64,000 nt of DNA from the human T2T-CHM13v2.0 reference genome, Homo sapiens: assembly GCF_009914755.1 (NCBI RefSeq), contig NC_060925.1. One strand, written 5' to 3'. The notes under the pieces are model-generated. The model ran no database searches, was not told the DNA's origin, and saw only the letters and a program-made list of their open reading frames with translations. Both the position numbers and the translations under genes were made by a program. Positions 24,937 to 39,702 of this stretch are shown piece after piece (position 1 is the stretch's first letter; each line of letters starts with the position of its first letter).

Positions 24937-25040
24937 ATAATTTTTAATAGAGCATAATATGATATGGCTAACAACTTTGTCTTGAAGGAGTTTCTTATCT
25001 TGACAACTTTCCTTCTAAAATTATAGTCCACTTCTAAAGG
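24771..25040. repeat. Inverted repeat, 118-bp arms, 34-bp spacer
   Basis: 24771-24888 vs reverse complement of 24923-25040: ungapped, 11 mismatches by hand count (~91%). Confidence 0.97.
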
Positions 25041-25829
25041 TGAGTGCATTGTAAATATTCATATCTTTTACACAGGGCTGGACCCTCAGGTGTCACTGTA
25101 ATTAATCATTTCATTTAATTCGTAAAGGAACTAGATTAAATCCCATTTTGATTTAACATATGAAAAAGAAAGATAGTGTCAATTCAGAAATGCCCTTGAG
25201 TTTTCTATCCTGCAATGACATTACCTACATAATGCTAATCAAATGTTAGCATTTCATTGTGGAAAACCAATGGAGCATTCTGCCCAAATACAAGCGGTAG
25301 GTGCCAGGCATCTGTATACCTTAATGTTTGTTGAAGGTAACTCTTCGTAATTAAAACATGAGTTAATTCTTGGTGTTAATAGATACTGAGTGTAAAGCCA
25401 TATTTCTTGCGCATTTGTTCTGTGCCAGGCACTTTCACATGAGTTTTCATTTAATTTTTAAAACTCTGTGATACAGGTGTAATGTGACAAGTGAAAAAAC
25501 TGAAGCTCAGAGAGTAAATAATGTGACTAAGAACAATCAAATATTCTCCAAAGTGATTGTTATTTCCATTTTACCTCTGCTTAACTTATGAGAAGATATA
25601 CTTGATATGTGTGTAAAGCAAAATATACATAGACAGGTTGAAGGGTTATATGAATATTGTATCTCATAGAAAGTTTAAAATACTATTATAAAGATTTATT
25701 TATCTCATTAACAAATGTCAACTCTCTTTCTGTCTCATCCCTGGTCAGGATGTAGGTATAAGTTTGAAGGATCAAAAAATATATTTAAATAAAGGGATTT
25801 CTTTTGTCTGTTTGCCTTCTCAGACTTAA

Positions 25830-26168
<339 letters not shown>

Positions 26169-26846
26169 TGTTACTCTATTTCAATCCATTAACGAGATAT
26201 TTGTCGAAGTTTGATGAATAATTAAAGAAATTACAAGAAAAATCAAAGTTAGCTTTTATATCATGTAAAAATATAAATTATTTTATTTTTCCCACATATA
26301 AGTAAACTGATTTCTAGTATTATTTTCTTATCAATGGACTCAATAAATATGATTCATTACATAAATATTTATTGAGCACCCACTATCTGCCAGGCATTGA
26401 TCTGAGAGCTGATTAGGGAATGGTAAACAAAATAAACAGAAATTCCTGACTTTGGATCATAAATTCAGTTCAAGTTTGTAGTAAGTCCAACTAAAGATGT
26501 TCATCAGAATTACTCAAAGAGCAGTTTCAAGATGCAGAGAACTTCCATTCAGGATCCTAGGAGGTTTGCATGTTGTAAAAGCTTTGCTGGGAGTTGTAAT
26601 TAGGAATCTGGGAATGAGAGATTTTACTAATGCAGCAGCTGCTCACATTATTTCCCCATTAAGCCTGTTCTTGCCCCTCTTTCCCTATCAAATCCCTACC
26701 CTTCGGTCAAGCATGGAAAGCAATTTGAGAAAAAATAGAGCACAGAATTCTTGCTTTGAGAATGTGTGGCTTGCTCTGCATTTTGAAAGTATTAGTAACA
26801 TGTTTTCAAACTATTTTATAAGTAAAATAATGCTTATAATCTATTA

Positions 26847-27224
<378 letters not shown>

Positions 27225-28462
27225 CTATAGATATCACTGTCTTCCAAAATTGTACTGGATTGCCAACGTTTGCATTATTTTAAACCACCACTTAAGAAGA
27301 AAGTGTATACACACCCGTTATCTGCACTAATTGAAGATGTATTGTATATCGTTAAATAACTGCTTTTTATCATTAATTCTCATTATGGGATTCACATTCC
27401 TCATTTTTTGTTTCCTTTTGGTTTTGCAAACATCACTTCTCTCTTACGATGCAGTCAGAATCTTATTGACACTTCTTTTTTAACTCTCAGACTGATCAAT
27501 TTCCCATTACTGCCACTCCATGGTGCACATTTCCTGAGCCATTATTCTGGAAAAGGATAAATCCTAATACCCATCTGTCCTTGACTCTTTCATTCCATAG
27601 AATTTTTAAATATGCAGTGTGTTTTAGTTAATGAAGTGTCTGGACAGCTGAGTCATAAATTCTGTGCAGAAGCTGATTTCTAGGTCAGAAAAATTTAAAC
27701 TACGAAGTTATTAACCAGAATCAATTTGTGTATATCTTGCTTTCTTGTTACCTCAATGTTAGGAAGGAAGGAAAGAATGGCCAGGGAATATGTGATTAGT
27801 CCAAACTGGATGGATTTAATTCACTTGATAAACATAGTTAACCCTTAAATACCAACTTCATTTAACAAGGAATAATTTACAGAACACAAAGAAGTTTTAT
27901 GCAAATTCTGGTGGGCCTTGTATTTTATGTTAGCCCTTCTCTAGATTTATGCAGAGCAAGATAACTTGACCTTCGTATTAACTGGCTAGCTTTACTGAAG
28001 GAAAATGATTTCTGGGGCACACCAGCCCTGTACTGGCAGTTCTTTGCAAATGGGTGCTGCGTGAGTATCAGTACTGAAATGCTCAGGAAAGACGGCTTCT
28101 CATTATGGTGCAGGTAGGGAAAACCTGGGGTCTGAGCCGTACGGTCACCAGGACCACAGACTGTTTTTCTCACTAGTTCAGAAGGCCAGATACATATTTA
28201 TTTTTCTCCTCTCATTTTTGCCTTCTCTTTTAGTAAAATTTAGGTTAGGCACTATTCGTCAAAGAAAGACAAATCGTTATAGGTGGTCAAACTTTACCTT
28301 TTAACCCTTGACAACTTTGAAGTAATGATTGTAAATGAGATCTTTTGTTTTCTTTTTCTTTGGGGAGAGGGGAGACTGACTTTGTTCGGGCCACTATGCT
28401 TGGGTATAATATTTCAGATAAGCCCTACGGTGGGAGAGCAGAAGTGCTGTCCTTACCACTTA

Positions 28463-28788
<326 letters not shown>

Positions 28789-29609
28789 TGAAGTGTGAAG
28801 GGTAGCTTTGTATATTTTCTGAGCATTTGAGATTCAGGGTGCTGGAAGTCAGTTTGTGCAAGGGCAGTTTAATCACTAACCAGAATTTTCGTATTTGTTA
28901 AATAAGAGTTTCTCTTGTAAAAGACATTAAAATTTAAGTAGGGTATTCTGACCTCAAAATACTTCATTTAAGGTATTGAAGAAGTTTCCTGGCCAAATGG
29001 TGAGAAAACACTTGAGTTATAAGAAGCTGTGTGAATATTATACAATAATAATACCACGGCTTTGAATCTCAGTTAAAAGTTTAAAAAGCCTCATGGCTGT
29101 TGTTTAAGGAATAATTATTCAAAGATTGAATGTTCATTAATTGGTAACATACTTGTGCTATTACTTCGTCATATTGTAAGAATCACCCATTCAGACACAC
29201 CTTTTCTTACCACTCTCTTCTGAACACCCCCTTTCATGCTACTTTGATCTGTACATACTTTCATCATTGCACTTGTAACTCAGCAGTAGAGCTTTCCATG
29301 TACTGGATGGGCCGGCTGGCAGATGATTTAGTAAATGTGTGCAGAAGGAAAAAATGGAAAAATGATGAATGGAGAGATGTAAAAGCACTTGGAAGAAAGT
29401 ACATGAAAGGCTAAAATAATAAAATGGAAAAAAACATTCAGGACCTATGGTGAATGAATGCTCTAGGCTGTCTCCAGTGATACATATTATTGTAATCAAA
29501 TGTAGTTTTGCAATTTATTTAGAAGTCTCTTTGACAGCTTGTGTTGCTTCCATCATTCAAGCAACTCTCCGAATACCATTTTCATCTGAGGACTTGTTCT
29601 TCTCACCAA

Positions 29610-30004
29610 TGTTAAGTTTAGCCTAAAGCTGCCTCCTCACGTATTTGAAGTTTGGCCTACAGGTTTCTCCACTTAGATTATAGTGAACTGTAACCTAACA
29701 GGATGTGTAAACAGATTGTAACCTAGTCTTGCGTTAATCACAGAGTTTCAGCCAATCAAAGGCGGCCAACTGTTCAATCTTGTTCAAATAAGGCAGATGC
29801 TAAACTGTAACCAGTCCAGCTGTTTCTGAACCTCACTTCCATTTTCTGTGCCTCACTTTCCTTTTTCTGTCCATAAATTCTCTCTTACAATGTAGCATCA
29901 TAGTCTCTATGTTTTCTGGTTGGTAGGGCTGCCCAATTTGCAAATCATTCTTTGCTCAATTAAACTTTGTTAAATTTAATTTGTCTAAAGTTTTTCTTTT
30001 AACA
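29610..30004 (+). mobile_element. ERV1 solo LTR, MER57-like
   Basis: tgttaagtttagcctaaagctgcctcc...cagccaatc...tttgctcaattaaactttgttaaatttaatttgtctaaagtttttcttttaaca; 4-bp TSD ccaa/ccag. Confidence 0.88.
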
Positions 30005-30058
30005 CCAGTTATCTCCTGATGTATCCTTTCATTGTATCCTTAAGAAAGGAGAAAAGGA

Positions 30059-30396
<338 letters not shown>

Positions 30397-30789
30397 CTAA
30401 TATGAAGATATATGAAATAACTTGATTACCCCTTCAAGGATATTCATTGAAGCGCTATTCATTGTCGATTTCTATATGCATCCTTTTTGTTATTCTAGGG
30501 GAAAATACGAGCAAAATTTCTGAGATAGGTGGCAACCACCCAGGACATTTCTATAATTTAGTTTTTGCAAAGTAAATCTCTAATTTACATCAGTCTTCTC
30601 CAACTGACTTATACTGATAAGAACAAATGCCCATTGGGCACCTAAATAAAATTTATATTATTGGGATGCTTTTTATTAAGATGCTTTTACTTATGATTTT
30701 TTAGATACTGGACCTCTAGGCTAACTGCTAATTTATGTAAGTAGCTAGTGAAACTCCAGAGAAACAAAAAATGATCAGTTTAGAACAAA

Positions 30790-30990
30790 GAGCATAGGCA
30801 CTCAGTCAGACAGATGGGGATTCTCATCTCAGATCCACCAAGTTATTCAAGGAGCCTCAATTTTCTCATCTACAAAACAAGAACAACAATAGGATCTACC
30901 TGATAAGATTCGTGGTGAATAAATGATTCAGGTAAAGTGCATAATATTGGGTATAATACAAACTAAGCATTTAAAAAATAGAAACTATAA
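30790..30990 (+). mobile_element. MIR SINE
   Basis: gagcctcaattttctcatctacaaaa...aataggatctacctgataagatt...gtaaagtgc. Confidence 0.7.
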
Positions 30991-31119
30991 TAATATTAAC
31001 ATTATTTTAAAGGCATGTGAGAAGACACAAAATGGAATAAGACTGCTGAAGAGCTCATCAGGACTACATATGGGATAGGGAATGTGAAGCTGTGAAGTTG
31101 CCCCAACAAAAGCTCCTTT

Positions 31120-31470
31120 GTAGTTCTGTGGCTCAAGGAATGCATAAGTTTATGTATTGTTTGCTTAATGCTCTTCAACAAGTGTTCCAGGACAGTGAGT
31201 TCATCTTCTTGGGGTCATTTTCAATGTCACTCTAATTAGTATCATTGCAGCATATGCAAAAGGCAAAAGAATATGGAGGAGCAAATGTGGGGGATTTGTG
31301 GTCAGACATGGAAGCAGCGCCCATCAGGTCCACTCCTGACCTGATTGCACTAGGGAAAACATCGTCAGAGAGCTATTCATAATTGCAAGGGATGCTGGGA
31401 AAAAGACTGTAGTTAGGCAGCCATATGTCCAGCCATTGTTCTATTTCTGTCAGAGAAGAGAAGGATTTTT
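31120..31470 (-). mobile_element. Old MaLR LTR fragment (MLT1J/K-like)
   Basis: taattgcaagggatgctgggaaa...gcagccatatgtccagc. Confidence 0.6.
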
Positions 31471-32401
31471 TTCTTGAGTCCTCTAAGAGAGATTGCCAGA
31501 GCACACACAGGTTGTAAGGAAATTGCCTGCTTTTTGAGTATATGAGCCAACTATAGTTTCTAGTTTTGATTTTTTTCTCTTATTAAATTAGTGAGTGGAA
31601 ATAAATAGCTTGCAATATGGTTTCCAGTTCTCAATGTTATAGAATTACATAATATTAGCTTGTTAGCAAAATACCACCTTGAATAAATATCTTCCCCAAT
31701 TGAAAAATTATAGGATACAAAAATAGAGGATAAGTACCATGTGGATTTACCTTTTGTTTTTCATTTGCAAATGTGAATAATGTTGTCAGGTTGTGACAAA
31801 CGACTGTCATATTTATTCATTCAAACATTTAAAAAACAGATAGAATAGTTTAATAAAGCTAATTTTTCTAATATGGAAAATTCTGAAATTACTCTGAAAT
31901 GTGATAATAATTTTATTTTTGACCTTTTTTTCACTAGGCTTAAACTATAATAGGGTTCAAACATCAGAAGTCAAACAGGAAAGAAGAATTAGGGTCAGGG
32001 TTTAAAGGGTTAACCTTTCATACCTTGATAAAGAAAATGTGAAGCTTCAAGATATATATCATTTTTATTGATACTTACATAGAAGAAGATAGGCAATTTT
32101 TTTAAATTTCTCTCTGGGGAAGCACAATATTTGTTTGAAAGAACTATTTGGGTAATCTGCCTCAGGTAGAGGGCAAGACTGCAAAGACATAAACTACTAT
32201 GCATGAGATTAAAATAATTCATATGCTTTCTGAAATCTATTATAGCGAGCACAAAAATCCCTATCAAAGAGATAAGTACTTAGAATGACTTCAGGTCAAA
32301 CGTATAGATAGGTCATTATAACTTTCTGAAGGCAAGAATTATGTCTATGTTGTTCAGAAGGGTACAACCCCATGATCTAGAGGGATACCTAATATTAATA
32401 A

Positions 32402-32787
32402 TGTATAAGTCCATTCTCACACTGCTATAAAGAACTACCCAAGACTTGGTAATTTATGAAGAAAAGAGGCTTAATTGACTCACAGTTCCACAGGCTCTAC
32501 AGGAAGCATTGCTGAAAGGCCTCAGGAAACTTACAATCATGGCAGAAGGTGAAGGGGAAGCCGGTATGTATTCACATGGCCAGCATGAGAAAGAGAGAGT
32601 GATAAGGGGGAATCGCCACACACTTTATGAGCATCAGATCTCATGAGAACTTACTCACTATTACAAGAACAGGAAGGGAGAAATCCACCCCCATGATTCA
32701 ATCACCTCCCACCAGGTCCCTTCCCCAACATTGGGAATTACAATTCAACATGAGATTTGGGTGGAGACAGAGAGCCAAACCATATCA
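32402..32787 (-). mobile_element. THE1D-like MaLR solo LTR inserted in an L2 3' end
   Basis: tgtataagtccattctcacactgctataaagaactacc...gagccaaaccatatca; L2 tail sequence on both sides. Confidence 0.92.
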
Positions 32788-33510
32788 GATAGTAAGTCAT
32801 ATTTTGTTGACTGACCGAATGCAGAAGTCTTAGCATGAGAGTGGCCTTGGCTGAATCCTGGGTTATATCAGCAAGCAGTATATTGGGAAGCTGTTATTTA
32901 GCAAATGACCATAGTTGATACACAGACAACAGTGGATATTTCCTAAGAGAATTTTTTAAAGATATTTTTCTACAGAGTAAGAAAAGTAATTCAATACAAG
33001 TAAACAGTATATTCTGTTGATTCTTCCAACATCGTCAATCATGTGTGACAGAGCTCATTTCCGTTTGATTGTAGAAGTCTCGGATGGTAGGTTAGAGGCT
33101 TTGCTATGTTCATTCATTTAGTTGTTTTTTAATATTTACTTATGCCAAACATTGTGCTTAGCATTGTGATTATAGTTACAAGCAAGAGGAACAAGGATCC
33201 TGCCCTAAGGGAGCTTATACTTTAAGGCAGATACAATCACCAGCTTTTAAGTATGTGCAGACTATTTAACAGAGACTTATATGCAAACGTGTTTCAATTG
33301 CAGTATCTGGGTCAGAGGAAATGTATCTTATGACCACAATTATAAAGTATAAATATTTGTGTTCCACATGAACAAATAATCTGGAACCTAAACATCATTT
33401 GCATGTTGACCCACCAATCATTTAATGAGATTTGTTATCAGTGCTAGCTTTATTTTAACCTGCATGTTTTTGTTGGGTGGTGGTGGTGGTTGTTTCCATA
33501 GACATTTAGG

Positions 33511-33720
33511 CAGATCTTCTAAAATGGTAGTTCACTGAAGGCAGTACCATCCTTCCAGGAGGCATTTGCAAAGTTATCAGAATATTTTTGGTTCTCCCAA
33601 TGACTGGGGACACTGGGCAGAGGCCAAGATTCCTGGATACTCTACAGTAAACAAGACAGCTCAGTCATGCAGAGGATTCTTCTATGCAGAATGTCTTCAG
33701 TTCCACATTGGGAAGGTCTG
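33511..33720 (+). mobile_element. MER20-like hAT DNA transposon
   Basis: TIR-like cagatcttct / ggaaggtctg; ggcatttgcaaag...tttttggttctcccaatgactgggg...gggcagaggccaagat...ctacagtaaacaagacagc. Confidence 0.7.
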
Positions 33721-35242
33721 GGAGATATCAAGTCATTTTACTCCCTGTCAGTGTTCTGAAGGTCCTGCTTTAGAGGGCATATGAAAAGGCAGTCCACTCA
33801 CACTATGGGGCTCAGGACCCAAAGAACCCTACCAGAATCTGTGGGGACTAGTGCTGTGTTTATAGTGGAGCTGTGACCCTTGGGTTACCCCTACCTAACC
33901 AACAGCAAGGAAGAAAAAATTTCAAATTCATGAGTTACGGTCTAGTCCTCTAGAGGCTAAAGGAGGCACAGGGTAGGATGGAAGATTTTCTTCCATAATT
34001 TGTCTTATTGTGGGAAAAAAAATGAGCAATCTAATTCTCATGTTAAGATCATTAATTAATTTAAAAAATACTGACCCAAGGCTATCCTATCTTGTCTTAA
34101 AAGAATTAGGCATTGGATTAAGGGACTTTCCTGTTTCATCAAAGCTTACAAGAGCTTTCCTATTTTACTGAGGTAGAATCCTTTTTAATTCTAATGAGGT
34201 TTATCCTTTCTTTGTTCTCTTAAAACTGAATCCAAACCATACCCTTACCAATGCTTCTATTACCCAGGTTAAAGATTCCAGAGGACTCCACCCTCCTGTT
34301 TTTTAAAAGGATTCTGTCCAAAACCATCAGGGATGTTGTGATCAACATTCTGAAAGGTTTTATTTACCTTCAGTATGTCAGGCAGCCCCCAGCTGAGTTC
34401 TGTAAATCATTGAGTTTCATTTAAATAACACAATAAAACCTCACTTATCAGGAAGTGAGTTAACTGTAAACCTCAAATATCTAGGGCATAGTAAAAGCAA
34501 TAAAGTTCCTGATTTTTATGCCGATAATGGAAAACCTTCAGACTATCCTCAAAGTCCATTTATTCCTAATTGACATACAATTCTAAGAAACTTGGTTATC
34601 TGCTTTTCTAGCTCACAACAGAAAATGAACAGCCAGAGATTTATTTAGTTCAGATTGACCACAAAAGGAGACTGCCTATAACCTAGCAAGGAAAGGGTAC
34701 AGAAAAAGGGTATGAAACATTAATTTAAAAATAATTAAGAAGCTTCCAAGCCAGGAGGGTCGGAGACCAGGTGGTTGTGTTCAGAGAAGCCAGCACAATG
34801 GGTAGTTTCTGAAGCACTGTTGGTTCCCAGCTCTTGCTGGGATCTTGTAGTCACTGGTGATCACCATAACCATACTGGAGCAAGCCAGAGTGGTTTGCAG
34901 CACATTTTACAAGCTTCCTCTCAAATTTGGGAATGTTGGAAAGTAGTGTTAATTATAAGACTAAGCTATGGTTGTCTTAGAAGATGTATTTTGTTCATCT
35001 TCATATTCCCCACAGCATCTTGCTACAGGGAATACAAAGAAAAAAATCACTTTTTTTAGAATATCGTATTCCCTAATAAAACTATATAGATGAGGCAGTT
35101 GTATGTAGAACTCATTCCAGAAATCCACCTTTGAAAGTGAGAACTTTTCAAAGCAAAAAACAACAAATTCTCTAGTTTCCTAAGCTTCCCCAGCAAATGA
35201 TAGATGTCATTCTGACCTACAGATTTCTTGGTACTGTATGTA

Positions 35243-35282
35243 TTATGGCAAAGCCCGCAATTACATTTGCACCAGCCTAATA
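35243..35282. mobile_element. MADE1 (Hsmar1 MITE) half copy
   Basis: atggcaaagcccgcaattacatttgcaccagcctaata resembles one Hsmar1 TIR plus TA. Confidence 0.8.
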
Positions 35283-36474
35283 ATTCACTTGATTTTCTCA
35301 TGTGCATTTGGATCCATAATGACTCAATCTCACTATAACGTACAGAGTCAGGCTGGTTCATTGACTTCTCAACACTCATTACAGTGATGAAGGGAGCTTC
35401 TCCTAGTCAGTCTGTACTATGATGAATAAAGAGGACTTAAGAATTTGACTGAAACTCAATGCTACCAAAATGAAACATATCTGTTCCATAATAACTAAAG
35501 CTTGCATAACAGATCATTATCTCTTTATTAACCCTTAGGTTAATATAATTGTATTCTTATTTGTGGATTAGAATTCTACCTACCAATTTATTTCAGGGAG
35601 ATGTTAATAGATGTTGATAACATAACATGCATAGCCCTAAAATGTTTGTGTGTGCTGGACCACTATAATTCTAATACCCAATGTCTAATAAGGAGGAAAA
35701 ATATAGTCATTGCTGAAATAATGATAAACAATGAAGGTTCTCCAAAAGAATGAAGCACGTGCTATAAGTGCAAAAACTGGTGGAGAGTAATGGCTGACCT
35801 GTTTTCTATGTGAAGTTTTGATTATAGAACCATCGAGTTCTATAACTAAATTTTGATGCCCAGAGTTGACAGCATAGGTAAACTGTTCACTTTTCTCAGT
35901 GCTGCCTCTTCTCATATTATTCATTTCTGAGATGTTTAATATAATATTTTCACATAATTTTGCATAATGCTTTGCATAATAATTTTGCACAGAGGTATAT
36001 TTTAGACTGTTTTTATTTAATTTATCAGGGAATTCTGAGGTGTATGCAATTGTTTGAGTTTTTAAGCATTAGACAAGTGACTCGTGATCACTGAAGAGTT
36101 TTATCCATACTCTATTTAGTGGAATTTAAAATAGACCACGTATCCTGCTGTAGCCTCAAATTTTTCACTTGACAATAAAATTACCATTTTTCTCTCACAT
36201 GACATTGTGAATATGATTTGTAAAGGACTTTGAGAATTTCAAGACAAATGTATGAAAGGTTTTTAAAAAACTGTTATTACAATTTATATCCTTCATCCGT
36301 GAAATAGTTTCAAATTAATATTTATCCCAAACTTCATTTAGTTGTTAATTCAAGGAGTGAGATACTGAAAGATCAACTGTTTACATTTCTTATCCTGTTT
36401 TATTAATGAATGTGTATTACATCTCCATTCCGTATATACAACCTATTTTGAAGGAACTGTAGAAAAGACATCCT

Positions 36475-36799
<325 letters not shown>

Positions 36800-37379
36800 T
36801 TATGTACTTGCCAGTGGCTATGTGAAGTAGAAGTTCAATAAAAGCCATCCAGTTTAATCCTGTGCCTTCCTCACTTTAATGCTCAATAAACATTTGGTAA
36901 ATGAACGTTGAATGTTAATGCATTCTGTTTGCCCATCTCCTGAAAGAGACAAAAGAAAGTAGGTATCTTAATGAAGCAGCAGTGGCTTAAGCACGTAATC
37001 CTGGTGGTATGAAGATGTTTAAAGACAAGTCACTCTTCCTGAGTCACTCTAGGTTAGACACAGTCAGTCAATTGGAAACACCCTATGTGTGGTTATTTCA
37101 TATAATTAAGTAATTCCCAGCACTGCCAAAGAAAACAATGCTAGATCTTGGTGTTTGCTGTATAACAACAACAGATATTGGTTTATAACACTAAATACCT
37201 TATACAACTCTCCTGCACTTAGCATGGATACCTAAAACTGCCCATTGAGGCTGAGGGTAGGGAAAAGCTTGTCTTGATGTAATAAGATACTTTCAAAGAA
37301 TTATAGCTCCTGAAACTTTAAATAAATGTCTCAAAATATTAGTTAGGATAGAGCCTTTTACATCTAGTATTTTAAATAC

Positions 37380-37500
37380 CTGTGTACTAAGTGGTGGGCA
37401 GAAGATGTATTTTTGTTCATCTTCGTATTTCCCACAGCATCTTACTTGGTGCTTGCATGTAGCAGGTCTTCATTAGTGCAAGTTGAATGAGTCAGTGAAT
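37380..37500 (+). mobile_element. L2 3' end
   Basis: ttcatcttcgtatttcccacagcatcttac...gtgcttgcatgtagcaggtcttcatta...gttgaatgagtcagtgaat. Confidence 0.7.
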
Positions 37501-39014
37501 GTTAGGCTACGTGTATCCCTTCCCCACCCCAACAAACAAGGTGCTATGTAATCATTGTAATGATATTGTACAAGCAGCAGCACATTTACATGAAAATGGT
37601 TGGCAATTGCTTATTGGAATATGAAGATATTAATAGCATAGGTGTAAATGATTCCAAATGTATCCAACATTTTGGGAGTTTTCTTCATGCTTTATAATTT
37701 TTGAGCTAACTGAAATTATTAAATGCTTGAATGCTCACAGTTTTAAAAAAATTGGCTTGTTTATCAAAAGCAGTTCTGCTTCAAATCGCCTGGACTATTA
37801 AAAGCAATTTTTCAAAGGAAAGGTTATTTTTTATTTTATAGTTCTAAGATATTTTTCCCCCTTAGAAAAACTCTTTGTTGACAGAGTCTACTGTGTTTTT
37901 TGGTAAATTATTGCAGCTATTGATGAATTTCAGAAGCGCGCAAGTTGGTCTCATAGATATTCATGTAGTAGAGCTTGGACTGTCACAGAAATGTAAGTGA
38001 GACAGGGGTGCGATTTCTAATCCTCATGCATCTGGTTGTCTGAGGCCTCCTGCCAGGAAATGTGAAGCCTAAGGCTTCTTTTGTAAGAAGTAAGAGAATC
38101 AGCAGTATAGGTTGTCTTATAATCAGGTACTTGATGTTTAAATTTGTAGATATTTCCACAGTGTTGGAAGTCAAGCATTCAGGTTTATTAAATGGCTCCA
38201 TACCTAAAGCAAAAAAGCAGGCATGAAAACCAATCAGAACTTGAGCATTTTCCCCCCTGAGCTTTATGGGTTTTTTTTTTTGTTTTTTTTTTTTGTTTTT
38301 TTTTTTTTTAGAGAGAGGCTTATCCTGAATGTCTGCATGCTTTAGCAGAGATGAAACTCATATTTGAATATATATGTATATACACACCTTTGGCTGAATT
38401 TTATCTCAATAGGAAACACATTATTTTGAAAAAAAAAAAAGCTACTGTATTATCTGTTAAATTTTACCTAGGATTTTATTTTATATTAATTTATCAAAAT
38501 GGAAGTGAGGATGAATATAAGTACCCTAAACTTTTAAAAGCCGCAGCAAAGGAAATCACAGCCTTTTTGGCCAAATAAATCTTGGCCATATAACCACAAA
38601 ACAAAAGAGGCTGGAGAATTAAACTGCAGTATTATCCAGCCTTATCACTCCAATAAAACAGCAGTATGTCTTTTTAGAAATCCAAATTTGTTCTTAAGTC
38701 TGTGTATAAAAAAAGCAAAAATAGTCATTTGCTTTTTAAAATTTGTTTTGAAATGAACTGTAAAATTAAGAGATTTTGAAATTAAAAAACAGATGTGGTC
38801 ATGCCAAGTTTTGCCCATTTTTACACGGCCAGAAAGGGACCAAGCAAACAAGTTCCAGCCCCTGCTTTCTCTCTACTGGAATAAAATTTTGAGTGCTTAT
38901 TTAATTAAGGAGTAAGGTCATTATTTTTTACAGCACCTAGAGAAGCTTCGCTGAATCATCTGGAATCCACTTCCAAGATGTCATGTCTTTTGATGTATCA
39001 AATACTTTTCTTTA

Positions 39015-39335
<321 letters not shown>

Positions 39336-39702
39336 AATACTTTTCTTTAAAGTAATTTTATAATTATTTTTCTCTCGAGAATTTGTCTCCGCAGTGGGTT
39401 CTCCACTCTTGATTTAGAACAATATTTCTAAAATACTGTGCATTATATCATCCCATGTTAAAAATCATCTCTGAAATCCTTACTTTGCCTGAAAAAAAAA
39501 TATGTAGTTTATTGTAGCACGGCAGTCAAGAGCCTCTTTGATCGTCCACTAACCTGTCTTTTCACCTGATGACCAACCTTGCCTGTTCGTCTACCTTTTT
39601 GCGTGGTCTTCTTTTCTTATCTATTGCTGAACACACTGGGCCTTTTCCCACCTACACACCTTTCCTTACACTAGTCCCTCTCCCCTCATGAGCTCCTCTT
39701 CT

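Noticed and set aside
24771-25040. miRNA gene or MITE
   Set aside because: Hairpin is fully explained by the L1-associated inverted duplication; no known miRNA recognised
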